NCBI GenBank assembly: GCA_016218345.1
Contig: JACREH010000026.1
Span: 1-62,935 of the forward strand
DNA: 62,935 nt
Reading direction: 5' to 3'
From: Gammaproteobacteria bacterium
GTDB lineage: Bacteria; Pseudomonadota; Gammaproteobacteria; Acidiferrobacterales; UBA6901
The first letter of the stretch is position 1. Every line of letters starts with the position of its first letter. The notes beneath the pieces were generated by a model that had not been told where the DNA came from, made no database searches, and saw nothing but the letters and a program-made list of their open reading frames with translations. Below, piece after piece: positions 38,917-51,559 of this stretch. The position numbers and the translations under genes are program-made.

Positions 38917-39381
38917 TTACTTGGCAGAGTATTGTTGGGAGTACCGGGAAATGATGTTTTTACGCCACGCAATTACGAAGCCTGTCGCTTCCTTTTCGAT
39001 GAGATTCTCGAACGCCTGATCGTCCGCCGACTGGTTGTAATCAATATCGTATTCGTCGCATTTATCCACAAAAAATTGAACCAATTCTTCTGAACATGAC
39101 TTGAGCGATGCTGCGGAACCGAACACAGCCTCAAAGTACCAGTCATCGCTCAGCTCTTCACCATTCTCAAAGCGAATATCCCAATCCCAGAGGTCGGTGA
39201 TCATGAAGTCGAGGGGTATGCATTCGTTGAGCCGATCCTTCAACTGCACCAACTGTTCTTCGGACAGTTGAGCGGGAGGGCAGGGTGTCTCTATTGTGTC
39301 TGGATCTATCGAGAAATAGGACAGAATCAGGTAACCGACGAGCTTGTTCTGATTTGCAGCGAGAAATTCTTCGTAAGTCAT
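38917..39381 (-). CDS. Hypothetical strongly acidic protein (154 aa)
   Basis: By my count about 31 Asp+Glu against about 11 Lys+Arg. No recognisable motif. Confidence 0.55.
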   Translation of the reverse strand: MTYEEFLAANQNKLVGYLILSYFSIDPDTIETPCPPAQLSEEQLVQLKDRLNECIPLDFMITDLWDWDIRFENGEELSDDWYFEAVFGSAASLKSCSEELVQFFVDKCDEYDIDYNQSADDQAFENLIEKEATGFVIAWRKNIISRYSQQYSAK

Positions 39382-39855
39382 TTCGTGGCCCCCGGAAATC
39401 AGCGTGCCCGACTATCGGAATTCGTTGTTCCTAAACAATACTATTCATTCCCTGGGTATGCTACATATTGCCCTTATGATATACCGCCTCCCGATAAAAC
39501 CGCCCCCGCTGATGTATCTTGACGGCCGTGAGCCGATTCCCTACAAATGTTCGCCGACACAGCCGGAGTGGAAGGTTCGCGTGCACAAGCGTACAAAACC
39601 TTCGGACTCCACGTCCGACACGACGAAGCCAGAATCTTAACCAGCGCGATTTTAACCATCCCGACCGCAGGCTGACAGGAATCACAGGGGATAGGGCGAG
39701 GCGATTCAGGCAACGACTCGTGCCGCCCTGTGGTTTTCCCAATAGCGGTCTCCCGAGTAAAATAATCATCGATTGTTCTTGCCCGTGGCAAGTTCGTCAT
39801 CCATGCTTCGGTTTGGCATTATCCCACCAATAGAGATTTCGTTCGAAAGCACTGT

Positions 39856-41706
39856 ATGAAAATTGTATCACTGCAATTGTCCAATATTCTGAGCTTCAGA
39901 TACTCCGATAACATTGGTTGTGCCGAGAAGATCAGCTTTGATGACGATCTCAATATCATCATTGGGGAAAACGGCTCAGGTAAATCGACGGCTCTAGAGG
40001 TCATAAATTTCCTGTTCAGGCGCGTTCTCTATAAACAGTACAACCTCAACCAAGACCTATACACTCAGCGGAACAGCATTAACGCTGATCAACGAAAACA
40101 GATTCTCCTGCCCGCAAACAACCTTTCGTATGATGGTTTTAGACTTGATCCTAATTGGAATACAGAAGACCGGCCCCAAACAATCCGTATTGTGGTTAAG
40201 CTGGACGAGATCGATAAAAAGAACATTCAGTACCTGCAAGATAAGCGAGTCACTTTGGCACCGTGGGTAGGGCGTTACACCACACGGGGTGAGACTGCTG
40301 CGTCAGACTATGGCGAGATGTACACTCTCGATATTATCCTAAATCGAAATGAGAAAACGTTCTCCGTCCAACCTCTGGACTGCGCGCAAGATTATGGGTA
40401 TGAGTACCTCACGGACTACAATTTTTACAAAGATACCATCGCTCTCTACAATTTAGAAAATTCGGTGAATCCGATCGATACGCTCTACGAGTCATTCACT
40501 CTCATCAGCAGTTACCGAAACTACCATGCTTTCAATGTCTCCATAAGCCTGCGAGACCACCACCCTGCCGTACAGATTCAGCAAATTCGGAGTGCTGACT
40601 ATACAAGGAGTCTAAACGCCAACGATAACTCGGAGCCAGCGATTTTCGCGCTTGTTCGTCTCCGAGTTGCCGAGAAGCACTTTGGCTTAATCTCACAAAA
40701 AATGGACGAGGCGGAATGCGAGGCCGCTGCTAATGCACTGCCGTTCATAGTGGAGATCAACAAACGTCTTCGCATCGTCAATCTGAAGTGCAAAATAAAG
40801 CTTCTTGACCTTCGCACTTGGCGCTACAGTTTTGAATTTCTAGACCTGCGAAGAAACAAGACCATTGCGGACATCAATAGCCTCAGTGCTGGGCAGAAGG
40901 CTATTACTCATCTTGTCTTCGAGGCCTACGGAAGAGGCGACCTAAAAGGTGGACTCGTGATCATTGATGAGCCAGAAATTCATCTGCACCATCAATTCCA
41001 GCATGAGTACCTACAGGTAATACGAGAGCTGAACAAACATCAGAGTTGTCAGTATATTCTGGTTACGCATTCCGAAGCACTCATAAACTCAGCAACCATC
41101 AGTAGTGTACGGCGGTTCAGTCTCAACACCGAGGGATACACAGAGATACGATTCCCCAAACTTACAGCGGAACAGAAGGTCTTGATTCGTATTCTCGACA
41201 ATACGAGATCAACCTACGCGTTCTTTGCCAAGAAAGTTGTTTTGGTCGAAGGGGACACCGACAGATACTTCTTTAAGGCAGTGGTTCAGTCGCTGTATCA
41301 GGAGCTGGACCAAGAGATCGCGATACTTCACGTCGCCGGTAAGAACGAGCTTGCTCAATGGACTACTCTTTTTGAGAGCTTTGGGCTGATTGTCTATCGG
41401 ATAGCTGACTTGGATTATGCCTACGATCTCTTCTACCCCCTCGAACCGCGGACGAGCCTAAAGACGCCTGCCGCCGTAACGGCTTTCAAGATAGCACATC
41501 CTGATTGCGAGTCTAGAATAACTACGGAGTATGCAAATAAAACCTTTATTCTCAGGAACGGTGATCTTGAGCATTATCTCGATATTGGCAAGGATCTGGC
41601 GGAAGTCATAACGTTATGTACCAATCAGTTGGCACAGTACCTACAAGATGAAAGCAATCAGAAAAGCGTAGAAGTTAGAGAGATTGTTCGGCAGATCACT
41701 GTCTAG
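39856..41706 (+). CDS. OLD-family / PARIS-like ABC ATPase fused to a Toprim nuclease domain
   Basis: Walker A GENGSGKST, signature LSAGQK, Walker B LVIIDEPEIHLH, ILVTHS, then a Toprim-like VVLVEGDTDRYFF ... IADLDYA. Confidence 0.8.
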   Translation: MKIVSLQLSNILSFRYSDNIGCAEKISFDDDLNIIIGENGSGKSTALEVINFLFRRVLYKQYNLNQDLYTQRNSINADQRKQILLPANNLSYDGFRLDPNWNTEDRPQTIRIVVKLDEIDKKNIQYLQDKRVTLAPWVGRYTTRGETAASDYGEMYTLDIILNRNEKTFSVQPLDCAQDYGYEYLTDYNFYKDTIALYNLENSVNPIDTLYESFTLISSYRNYHAFNVSISLRDHHPAVQIQQIRSADYTRSLNANDNSEPAIFALVRLRVAEKHFGLISQKMDEAECEAAANALPFIVEINKRLRIVNLKCKIKLLDLRTWRYSFEFLDLRRNKTIADINSLSAGQKAITHLVFEAYGRGDLKGGLVIIDEPEIHLHHQFQHEYLQVIRELNKHQSCQYILVTHSEALINSATISSVRRFSLNTEGYTEIRFPKLTAEQKVLIRILDNTRSTYAFFAKKVVLVEGDTDRYFFKAVVQSLYQELDQEIAILHVAGKNELAQWTTLFESFGLIVYRIADLDYAYDLFYPLEPRTSLKTPAAVTAFKIAHPDCESRITTEYANKTFILRNGDLEHYLDIGKDLAEVITLCTNQLAQYLQDESNQKSVEVREIVRQITV

Positions 41707-42007
41707 TGATCGTTGCCCCCGGATATCGTGAGCGGTGTCGCGTGTCGTCCGTTTGTGGGTATTGGGCAGAGAGTCCGCTTTAGCAGTTTTCAACGGCACT
41801 TTGGATCAGCGTGAATGACTCCGGTGGGTTGTTTCCGGACCGTCAGATTGTGGCTGAAACTTGACGGCAGGGCGCCGCCTATCGAATAAATTCTCAGCTA
41901 CTCATGTCATATCGAAAGAAAGCAACGCGACAAGCCGCGTGCTGCGTTTCGGTACAACCGCCATTTACGTTAATCTCGTCCGACCCTCAATGGCTCTCTA
42001 TATGCGG

Positions 42008-43210
42008 TCAGGCGCTTTGAAGTATCGGGATGTCTTCGGCCACAGCCTTTAGCTTGTCGAGATAATTCGCCCAAGCCTGCATCATCTTGCGGCGTACCGA
42101 CAGGTGTTCGGCGTAGTTGTAAGCCGCGCGTATCTCGTCACGTTCGGCATGTGCAAGCTGGCGTTCTATGGCGTCCCGGTTCCATCCTTGTTCGTTGAGT
42201 AGCGTAGACGCCATACTTCTGAAGCCGTGCCCGGTCATGTCGCCGACCGCGTAGCCAAGCCGACGAAGCCCGGCGTTGACGGTGTTCTCGCTCATGTGGC
42301 GGTCATCGCCACGTGCACCGGGAAACACATAGCGCCCCGTGCCTGTCAGTGCGTGAAGGTCTCTCAGGATCAACACGGCTTGCGTGGACAGCGGCACGAT
42401 ATGAACGGCCTTCATCTTCATTTTGTGTTCCGGTATGCGCCACTCGGCCTTGTCCAGATCGAACTCCGACCACTCCGCCTTGCGCAGTTCGCCAGGGCGC
42501 ACGAAGACCAATGGCGCCAATTGCAGCGCACCCCGGGTGATGTACGAGCCGCTATACCCGGCAATGGCGCGCAACAGTTCGCCAACCCGCTTGGGTTCGG
42601 TGATGGTTGGGTGATGATGTTCTTGAGCCGGCGGAATCGCGCCGCGCAGATCGCTGGAAGGATCGCGTTGCGCGCGACCGGTGGCAACGGCATATCTGAA
42701 CACCTTTCCGCAGTTCTGGTGGACGCGGTGCGCGGTTTCAAGTGCGCCACGGGCTTCAATACGGCGCAATACTTTGAGCAGTTCCGGCGCGTTCACATCG
42801 CCAATCGGGCGGCTCCCCAACCACGGAAATACTTCGCCCTCCAACCGCCGGATGATTTTATCGGCATGGCTTGTAGCCCAGCCCGGTGAAAACTTGGCGT
42901 GCCATTCCCGCGCTACCGCCTCGAAGCTGTTCTCAGTCGCCGCCTTGTTGGTCTGCTTCAATACGCCGGGGTCAACACCATCGGCCAGCAGCTTGCGCGC
43001 CTGGCCGCACCGCTCGCGTGCTTGTGCCAGTGACACGTCGGGATAGACACCGAGGGCAAGGCGTTTTTCTTTGCCGCTGACGCGGTACTTCATGCGCCAA
43101 TACTTGCCACCCGCCGGCGTTACTTCCAGGTACATCCCCCTGGCGTCTGCGAGCCTGTAGGACTTCTCGCGTGGCTTGGCGTTACGTACTGTTGTGTCGG
43201 ATATGGGCAT
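42008..43210 (-). CDS. int: P4-type tyrosine integrase
   Basis: N-terminal DUF4102-like region (KSYRLADARGMYLEVTPAGGKYWRMKY), then catalytic residues in RPGELR..., HGFRS and LAHAERDEIRAAYNY. It lies adjacent to tRNA-Asn. Confidence 0.9.
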   Translation of the reverse strand: MPISDTTVRNAKPREKSYRLADARGMYLEVTPAGGKYWRMKYRVSGKEKRLALGVYPDVSLAQARERCGQARKLLADGVDPGVLKQTNKAATENSFEAVAREWHAKFSPGWATSHADKIIRRLEGEVFPWLGSRPIGDVNAPELLKVLRRIEARGALETAHRVHQNCGKVFRYAVATGRAQRDPSSDLRGAIPPAQEHHHPTITEPKRVGELLRAIAGYSGSYITRGALQLAPLVFVRPGELRKAEWSEFDLDKAEWRIPEHKMKMKAVHIVPLSTQAVLILRDLHALTGTGRYVFPGARGDDRHMSENTVNAGLRRLGYAVGDMTGHGFRSMASTLLNEQGWNRDAIERQLAHAERDEIRAAYNYAEHLSVRRKMMQAWANYLDKLKAVAEDIPILQSA

Positions 43211-43273
43211 TTGGGGGCACCTGGCTCTAGTGAAAGAGAATGTGCCCCCAAATGTGCCCCCAAAGTGGGGGCA
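43208..43273. repeat. Cluster of GTGCCCCCAAATG-type motifs (one inverted, two direct, one inverted partial)
   Basis: CATTTGGGGGCAC 43208-43220 overlaps the int start codon. GTGCCCCCAAATG is at 43242-43254, and GTGCCCCCAAAG followed by TGGGGGCA at 43254-43273. Confidence 0.6.
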
Positions 43274-43373
43274 TGTCAATGAATGAGGCTGGACGGTAAG
43301 AGACAAGCAGGCAGTGTAAATGCCTTAAAAACAGATGCTTTTGGACGTTGCTGGATTGTACTGGATAAGCAAA

Positions 43374-43449
<76 letters not shown>

Positions 43450-43457
43450 AGTTAATG

Positions 43458-43583
43458 AAGCCCTACTCGCTACGCTCCTTCGTCTTGCCATAAGACGAGA
43501 AGCCCTACTCGCTTACGCTCGTTCGTCCTTTCACAAGATTACGCCCTACTCGCTTCGATCGTTCGTCTTGCCATATGACGTCG
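43458..43583. repeat. Three tandem 41-43-bp repeats (AAGCCCTACTCGCT.ACGCTC.TTCGTC...)
   Basis: Copies at 43458-43499, 43500-43540 and 43541-43583. Copies 1 and 3 contain the small hairpin CGTCTTGCCATA(A/T)GACG. Confidence 0.75.
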
Positions 43584-43645
43584 AAGGGGGCGTATGGTAC
43601 TGGCGGCGGCGGACGGGGTCAAGAACAGCGCGCACCGCGGACGAA

Positions 43646-44248
43646 TCACGGACAGCTCAGGCCGCTATCGCTCTTGGTTGAAACGCGCGGTCGCCCGGTA
43701 TTGGAGACGATGACGTAACGCACCGAACCCGCCCCGCGCCTGTCGCAGAACGCGAAGGTGGGATTGGTCCCGGACGAGAAACCGTTCGGCTGATATTTCA
43801 CGCTGCGCCGGAAGCGGGAAGTTTTTATCGTCAGGTTGTCGCCGGTCATCCGATGTGCCCGTACCAGCGTCTCGCCGTCGTCGAGCCGATCGTTGTCGTT
43901 AATATCCACGAATACCAGTATGCCGTGGTGCCACCAGGTGTAGTCGCTGCCCGCATCGGCGCAGGTTCGGCCATCGCCGCTGGGGCAGAGCGTGATGGGT
44001 TGTCCGCGCTTGATGGCCTCGCTGCGCGTCACATACAGCGAGGACATGAGCGTGTTCACTTCGCCGGACATGCGGTTAGTGAGGGTCAGGTTGCGCAGCG
44101 ACGGGACGGCCAGGCTCGTCAGCACGCCGACGATACCGAGCGTCATAACGGCCTCCGTGAGCGATACGCCCCGCTGGCCGCGGGGCGAGGCGGCATGACG
44201 GCGGGGAGGGAAATCTCTGGCGGAGGTCGGCGAACGGTCCATGTCCAT
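43646..44248 (-). CDS. GspH/FimT-family pseudopilin (type IV minor pilin)
   Basis: Prepilin-like N-terminus QRGVSLTEAVMTLGIVGVLTSLAVPSL, followed by YVTRSEAIKRGQPITLC. Confidence 0.7.
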   Translation of the reverse strand: MDMDRSPTSARDFPPRRHAASPRGQRGVSLTEAVMTLGIVGVLTSLAVPSLRNLTLTNRMSGEVNTLMSSLYVTRSEAIKRGQPITLCPSGDGRTCADAGSDYTWWHHGILVFVDINDNDRLDDGETLVRAHRMTGDNLTIKTSRFRRSVKYQPNGFSSGTNPTFAFCDRRGAGSVRYVIVSNTGRPRVSTKSDSGLSCP

Positions 44249-44453
44249 TCAGTCCCTGAAGTTGCGGCTCCAGCCGATGCTCGGGGAGGGAAGCAGCTTG
44301 CGTACGCTTCCTGCCACGATCTGTCGGCAGTGGGTTGAGGTACGTGTGGCCGGGAAATTTCCTGTTACACCCGGCGATCAAAATTATACAAATCCGTCGT
44401 GGGCGCGCAAGGCCGCACGCGACGCGTGAAAATATTCGTTCCGAAGCGGTGGG

Positions 44454-45077
44454 TTACTTGGGGTTTTTGAGAACGAACGTGAGGCGCAAGACCAGCCGCC
44501 CTTCGAACCAGGCATCGAGTCTCAGCTGACCCGGCCGGAGCGTCGCATGCGGCCGGATCTCCGGCGGGTCGATCTCTTTCAGGACCAATAGCTGCGCCGG
44601 GTAGTCGAGCTGCAGGCTCACGCGAAGCGGAAAGTAACCGTCCAGAAACCGGCGCATGTACGGGCCGCTGGTGAGCAGGTAGGCGCCGGTGGACGGATCG
44701 CGTTCCAGTATCCGGTTCTCGCTATGAATGCACAGCACGGCGTTCGGCCCGACGTTCTTGAGTTGTACGCTGCTGCCCTCGACCCAGGCCTTTTCGATAT
44801 GCTCGGCGCGCGCGATCTCGAGGGCGCGCACCCGTCCGGGGGCAAACGTCACCTCCATGGCGCCGACCTGATCGAGCTGGTAATGGCATTGCCGGTCGGT
44901 CACCCAGCCGGTGTCGAGCGATTCCGCCGAGATGGTCAGGTGCTTGTGATGATGGTGCGCCGGTTCGGCCGGCGGTTCCGGCAGCACCTGCAAGGCGCCC
45001 TCGTTGATCTCGGGCGCGGCCAGCGTTGCGGACGTGACCAGCAGCAAGCCGGCGGCCAGCGCCAGCGCCCGGCGCAC
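44454..45077 (-). CDS. Hypothetical secreted protein
   Basis: Signal peptide MRRALALAAGLLLVTSATLAA. It begins directly after the aminotransferase stop. Confidence 0.55.
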   Translation of the reverse strand: MRRALALAAGLLLVTSATLAAPEINEGALQVLPEPPAEPAHHHHKHLTISAESLDTGWVTDRQCHYQLDQVGAMEVTFAPGRVRALEIARAEHIEKAWVEGSSVQLKNVGPNAVLCIHSENRILERDPSTGAYLLTSGPYMRRFLDGYFPLRVSLQLDYPAQLLVLKEIDPPEIRPHATLRPGQLRLDAWFEGRLVLRLTFVLKNPK

Positions 45078-46277
<1,200 letters not shown>

Positions 46278-46347
46278 AATAGGCCCTTGGGCTTGGGGTC
46301 GTTGAAAGTGCGGTAATATACCCGTAACCGGTGATTAGCTGAAGCAG

Positions 46348-48378
<2,031 letters not shown>

Positions 48379-48437
48379 CGTTTCTTGGCGGTACTACTAT
48401 TATTCTTGAAGCTATTACTACAAGGCAGGAGGAGATC

Positions 48438-49391
48438 ATGGGTACGCTTGTTAAATCGTCTATCGGTGTCAGCGTGACGGTTATGTTAACGATGTTGCTC
48501 GGCGTGGCCGTGGCGGCACCGGGTAAAACACTGACCTGGGCCGGCTGCGGCATCTCGAAAAATGCTTTCATGGCGGAAATGGCCGCCGCCTACGAAAAGA
48601 AAACCGGTGTGAAAATCGATTTCAAGGGTGGTGGCGCCACCAAGGGCATCCGCGAGGTGGCCAATCATTCGGTGGACATCGGCGGCACCTGCCGCCACAC
48701 CCTCGAGGACCCCGACAGTTTGTTGAATCACCGCGAGGAGCGGCGCATACAGCTCACGCCGGTCGCCTGGGACGCGCTGGTGGTGATCGTGCACAAGGAT
48801 AATCCGGTGTCGGATATCACGCTTGAGCGGATCCGTCAGCTTTATACCGGCAAGCTCACAAACTGGAAACAGTTGGGCGGTCGCGACGCGCCCATCGAGT
48901 TGTACGTGCGCAAGGGCAAGATCTCGGGCGTCGGCCGGACCAAGCGCGAACTGATCTTCAACAACTATGAACAGGAGTTCGTGGCCAAGCACGTGGTCGA
49001 CGAATCCGCGACCCTGGAAAAGGACATGGTGTCCAACCCGAACGGCGTCGGCATGACCGGAGTGAGCAGCGCCCGCAAGCTCGGCAGCACCGCCAAGATC
49101 CTCAGGCTCGAAGGCAAGGAAGCGAGCTACGAGAACATCAAGAACGGCCAATACATCCTATACCGGCCGCTGTACATGGTCACGCACATGCAGGACCCCA
49201 ACCCGGAGACCAAGAAGTTCCTGACGTTCGTGATGGGCGAAGAGGGCAAGAAGGTCATGCGCAGCGTCGGCACGGTGCCGTACGAGGACGCGATCGGGCT
49301 GTGGAGCAAGTACCTGGACGAGCAGAACAAGGCCCTGGCGATGCGCGTCGGCACCGCGAAACCGGCGGCCACGCGCACGCCGCGCTTGTGA
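48438..49391 (+). CDS. PstS-family periplasmic substrate-binding protein
   Basis: Signal peptide, with GGGATKGIREV and VAWDALVVIVHKDNPV motifs of the PBP-like phosphate-binding fold. Confidence 0.7.
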   Translation: MGTLVKSSIGVSVTVMLTMLLGVAVAAPGKTLTWAGCGISKNAFMAEMAAAYEKKTGVKIDFKGGGATKGIREVANHSVDIGGTCRHTLEDPDSLLNHREERRIQLTPVAWDALVVIVHKDNPVSDITLERIRQLYTGKLTNWKQLGGRDAPIELYVRKGKISGVGRTKRELIFNNYEQEFVAKHVVDESATLEKDMVSNPNGVGMTGVSSARKLGSTAKILRLEGKEASYENIKNGQYILYRPLYMVTHMQDPNPETKKFLTFVMGEEGKKVMRSVGTVPYEDAIGLWSKYLDEQNKALAMRVGTAKPAATRTPRL

Positions 49392-49466
49392 GCGCGACCG
49401 GGAGTATGTTATTTTGCGCGCCCAGCGAGCCGGCTGAGGCATGCGCCTCGGCGGCTTCCTGACATC

Positions 49467-49541
49467 AGGCGCGTAGCTCAGTGGTAGAGCACTACCTTGA
49501 CATGGTAGTGGTCGGTGGTTCGATCCCACTCGCGCCTACCA
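49467..49541 (+). tRNA. tRNA-Val (anticodon GAC)
   Basis: AGGCGCGTAGCTCAGTGGTAGAGCACTACCTTGACATGGTAGTGGTCGGTGGTTCGATCCCACTCGCGCCTACCA forms a cloverleaf with a TTGACAT anticodon loop. Confidence 0.9.
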
Positions 49542-49550
49542 AGTAACAAG

Positions 49551-49579
49551 CAGCGCCTGCTACGGGCGCTGTGTTTTTT
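49551..49579 (+). terminator. Rho-independent terminator after tRNA-Val
   Basis: CAGCGCC-TGCTACG-GGCGCTG followed by TGTTTTTT. Confidence 0.65.
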
Positions 49580-49639
49580 GAGCGAATACCTTCACGCGGC
49601 CCCTCGTAGCGGTCGCCACTGAAATAAGGATCGAACGTC

Positions 49640-51556
49640 ATGCCTGTGATCACCCTGCCGGACGGCAGCCGTCGCGAATACCCCCACCCCCTGAGTGTCG
49701 CCGAGGTCGCCGCCGATATCGGGCCGGGTTTGGCCAAGGCCGCCCTTGCCGGCAAGGTCGACGGCAAGCTGGTCGATACCTCCCATCGTATCGAACTCGA
49801 CGCCGCGCTCGCCATCGTCACCGAGCGCGACCCGGAAGGCGTCGAGGTGATTCGCCATTCCACCGCCCATCTGCTCGCCCAGGCGGTCAAGGAATTGTTC
49901 CCCGAGGCGCAGGTGACGATCGGTCCGGTGATCGAGGACGGCTTCTACTACGATTTTTCCTTCAAGCGCGGTTTCACCGAGGACGATCTGCGCGCCATCG
50001 AGGCGCGCATGCACGACATTGCCAAGCGCGATCTCACGGTCGAGCGCCGGGTGATGGCGCGCGACCGCGCCGTCGAGTTTTTCCGCAACCTCGGCGAGCA
50101 ATACAAGGCCGAGATCATCGCCGCCATCCCCCAGGCCGAGGATATCTCGCTCTACGGCCAGGGCGATTTCGTGGACCTGTGCCGCGGCCCGCATGTGCCG
50201 AGCACCGGCAAGCTCAAGGCGTTCAAGCTGATGAAGGTGGCGGGCGCCTATTGGCGCGGCGATTCGCGCAACGAGATGCTGCAGCGCATCTATGGCACCG
50301 CCTGGGGCGACAAGAAGGCGCTCGACGCCTACCTGTACCGCCTGGAGGAGGCCGAGAAACGCGATCATCGCAAGATCGGAAAGGCGCTGGATTTATTTCA
50401 CATGCAGGACATCGCGCCCGGCATGGTGTTCTGGCACGATCGCGGTTGGCGTGTCTATCAACAGGTGGTGAGTTATATCCGTGACCTGCTGCGCGAACAT
50501 GGCTATCAGGAGATTCACACGCCGCAGGTCGTGGACCGTTCGTTGTGGGAGCAATCCGGACACTGGGAGAAGTTCAAGGAGCACATGTTCACCACCGAGT
50601 CGGAAAAGCGCGAGTACGCGATCAAACCGATGAATTGTCCCTGCCACGTGCAAATCTACAATCAGGGGCTCAAGAGTTACCGCGACCTGCCGTTGCGCTT
50701 GGCGGAGTTCGGGTCGTGTCATCGCAACGAGCAATCCGGCGCGTTGCACGGTCTCATGCGAGTGCGCCAGTTCGTGCAGGACGATGCCCATATTTTTTGC
50801 ACCGAGGACCAGATTCAGGCCGAGGTGTCCGGATTTATCGATCTCTTGCACCGCGTGTATGCCGACTTCGGCTTCAAGGAGATCATTTACAAACTCTCGA
50901 CTCGCCCGGCGCTGCGCGTAGGTTCGGACGAGAGCTGGGACAAGGCAGAACACGCCCTTGAACAGGCCCTGAACAGCAAGCGTCTGTCGTGGGATTTGCA
51001 GCCGGGGGAGGGAGCGTTTTACGGCCCCAAGATTGAATTTTCGCTCAAGGACAGTATCGGCCGTGTGTGGCAGTGCGGCACCGTCCAGGTGGACTCCTCC
51101 ACGCCAGAACGACTGGGCGCGCATTACATCGCCGCCGACGGTTCCAAGCAGGTTCCGGTGATGCTGCACCGAGCCATCCTGGGCTCGCTGGAGCGCTTTA
51201 TCGGCATTCTGATCGAGGAGCACGCCGGCGCCCTGCCGGCGTGGCTGGCGCCGCTGCAGGCGATGGTGCTCAACATCACCGACAAACAGGGCGACTACAC
51301 CCGAAACCTGGAAAATTCCTTGCGAAAACAGGGGTTCCGGGTCGAATCGGACTTGAGAAACGAGAAAATAGGCTTTAAAATCCGCGAACATACCTTGCAG
51401 CGCATCCCCTATCTGCTGGTGGTGGGCGAGCGGGAGGTGCAGACGGGTACCGTTGCCGTGCGCACGCGCACGGGTGAGGATTTGGGTTCGATGACGCCGG
51501 TGGCGTTCAGCGAGCGGCTCACCCGGGAGATCGCGCGCCACGGCCTTACTGTTTAG
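49640..51556 (+). CDS. thrS: Threonine--tRNA ligase
   Basis: [13 protein letters not shown] start, second additional domain HSTAHLL, class II core motifs ([18 protein letters not shown]), and 638 aa. Confidence 0.97.
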   Translation: MPVITLPDGSRREYPHPLSVAEVAADIGPGLAKAALAGKVDGKLVDTSHRIELDAALAIVTERDPEGVEVIRHSTAHLLAQAVKELFPEAQVTIGPVIEDGFYYDFSFKRGFTEDDLRAIEARMHDIAKRDLTVERRVMARDRAVEFFRNLGEQYKAEIIAAIPQAEDISLYGQGDFVDLCRGPHVPSTGKLKAFKLMKVAGAYWRGDSRNEMLQRIYGTAWGDKKALDAYLYRLEEAEKRDHRKIGKALDLFHMQDIAPGMVFWHDRGWRVYQQVVSYIRDLLREHGYQEIHTPQVVDRSLWEQSGHWEKFKEHMFTTESEKREYAIKPMNCPCHVQIYNQGLKSYRDLPLRLAEFGSCHRNEQSGALHGLMRVRQFVQDDAHIFCTEDQIQAEVSGFIDLLHRVYADFGFKEIIYKLSTRPALRVGSDESWDKAEHALEQALNSKRLSWDLQPGEGAFYGPKIEFSLKDSIGRVWQCGTVQVDSSTPERLGAHYIAADGSKQVPVMLHRAILGSLERFIGILIEEHAGALPAWLAPLQAMVLNITDKQGDYTRNLENSLRKQGFRVESDLRNEKIGFKIREHTLQRIPYLLVVGEREVQTGTVAVRTRTGEDLGSMTPVAFSERLTREIARHGLTV

Positions 51557-51559
51557 AGG

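Noticed and set aside
32225-41706. Assignment of the helicase, methylase and ATPase genes to a single Hma-like (helicase-methylase-ATPase) system, or of the ATPase-Toprim to Gabija.
   Set aside because: The ATPase gene is separated from the MTase/helicase operon by an Mrr gene and three opposite-strand genes, and no UvrD-like GajB is present. Neither named system can be supported without profile searches.
43458-43583. Possible CRISPR array.
   Set aside because: The repeats are directly contiguous, with no spacers. There are only three copies, they are imperfect, and there are no cas genes in the window.
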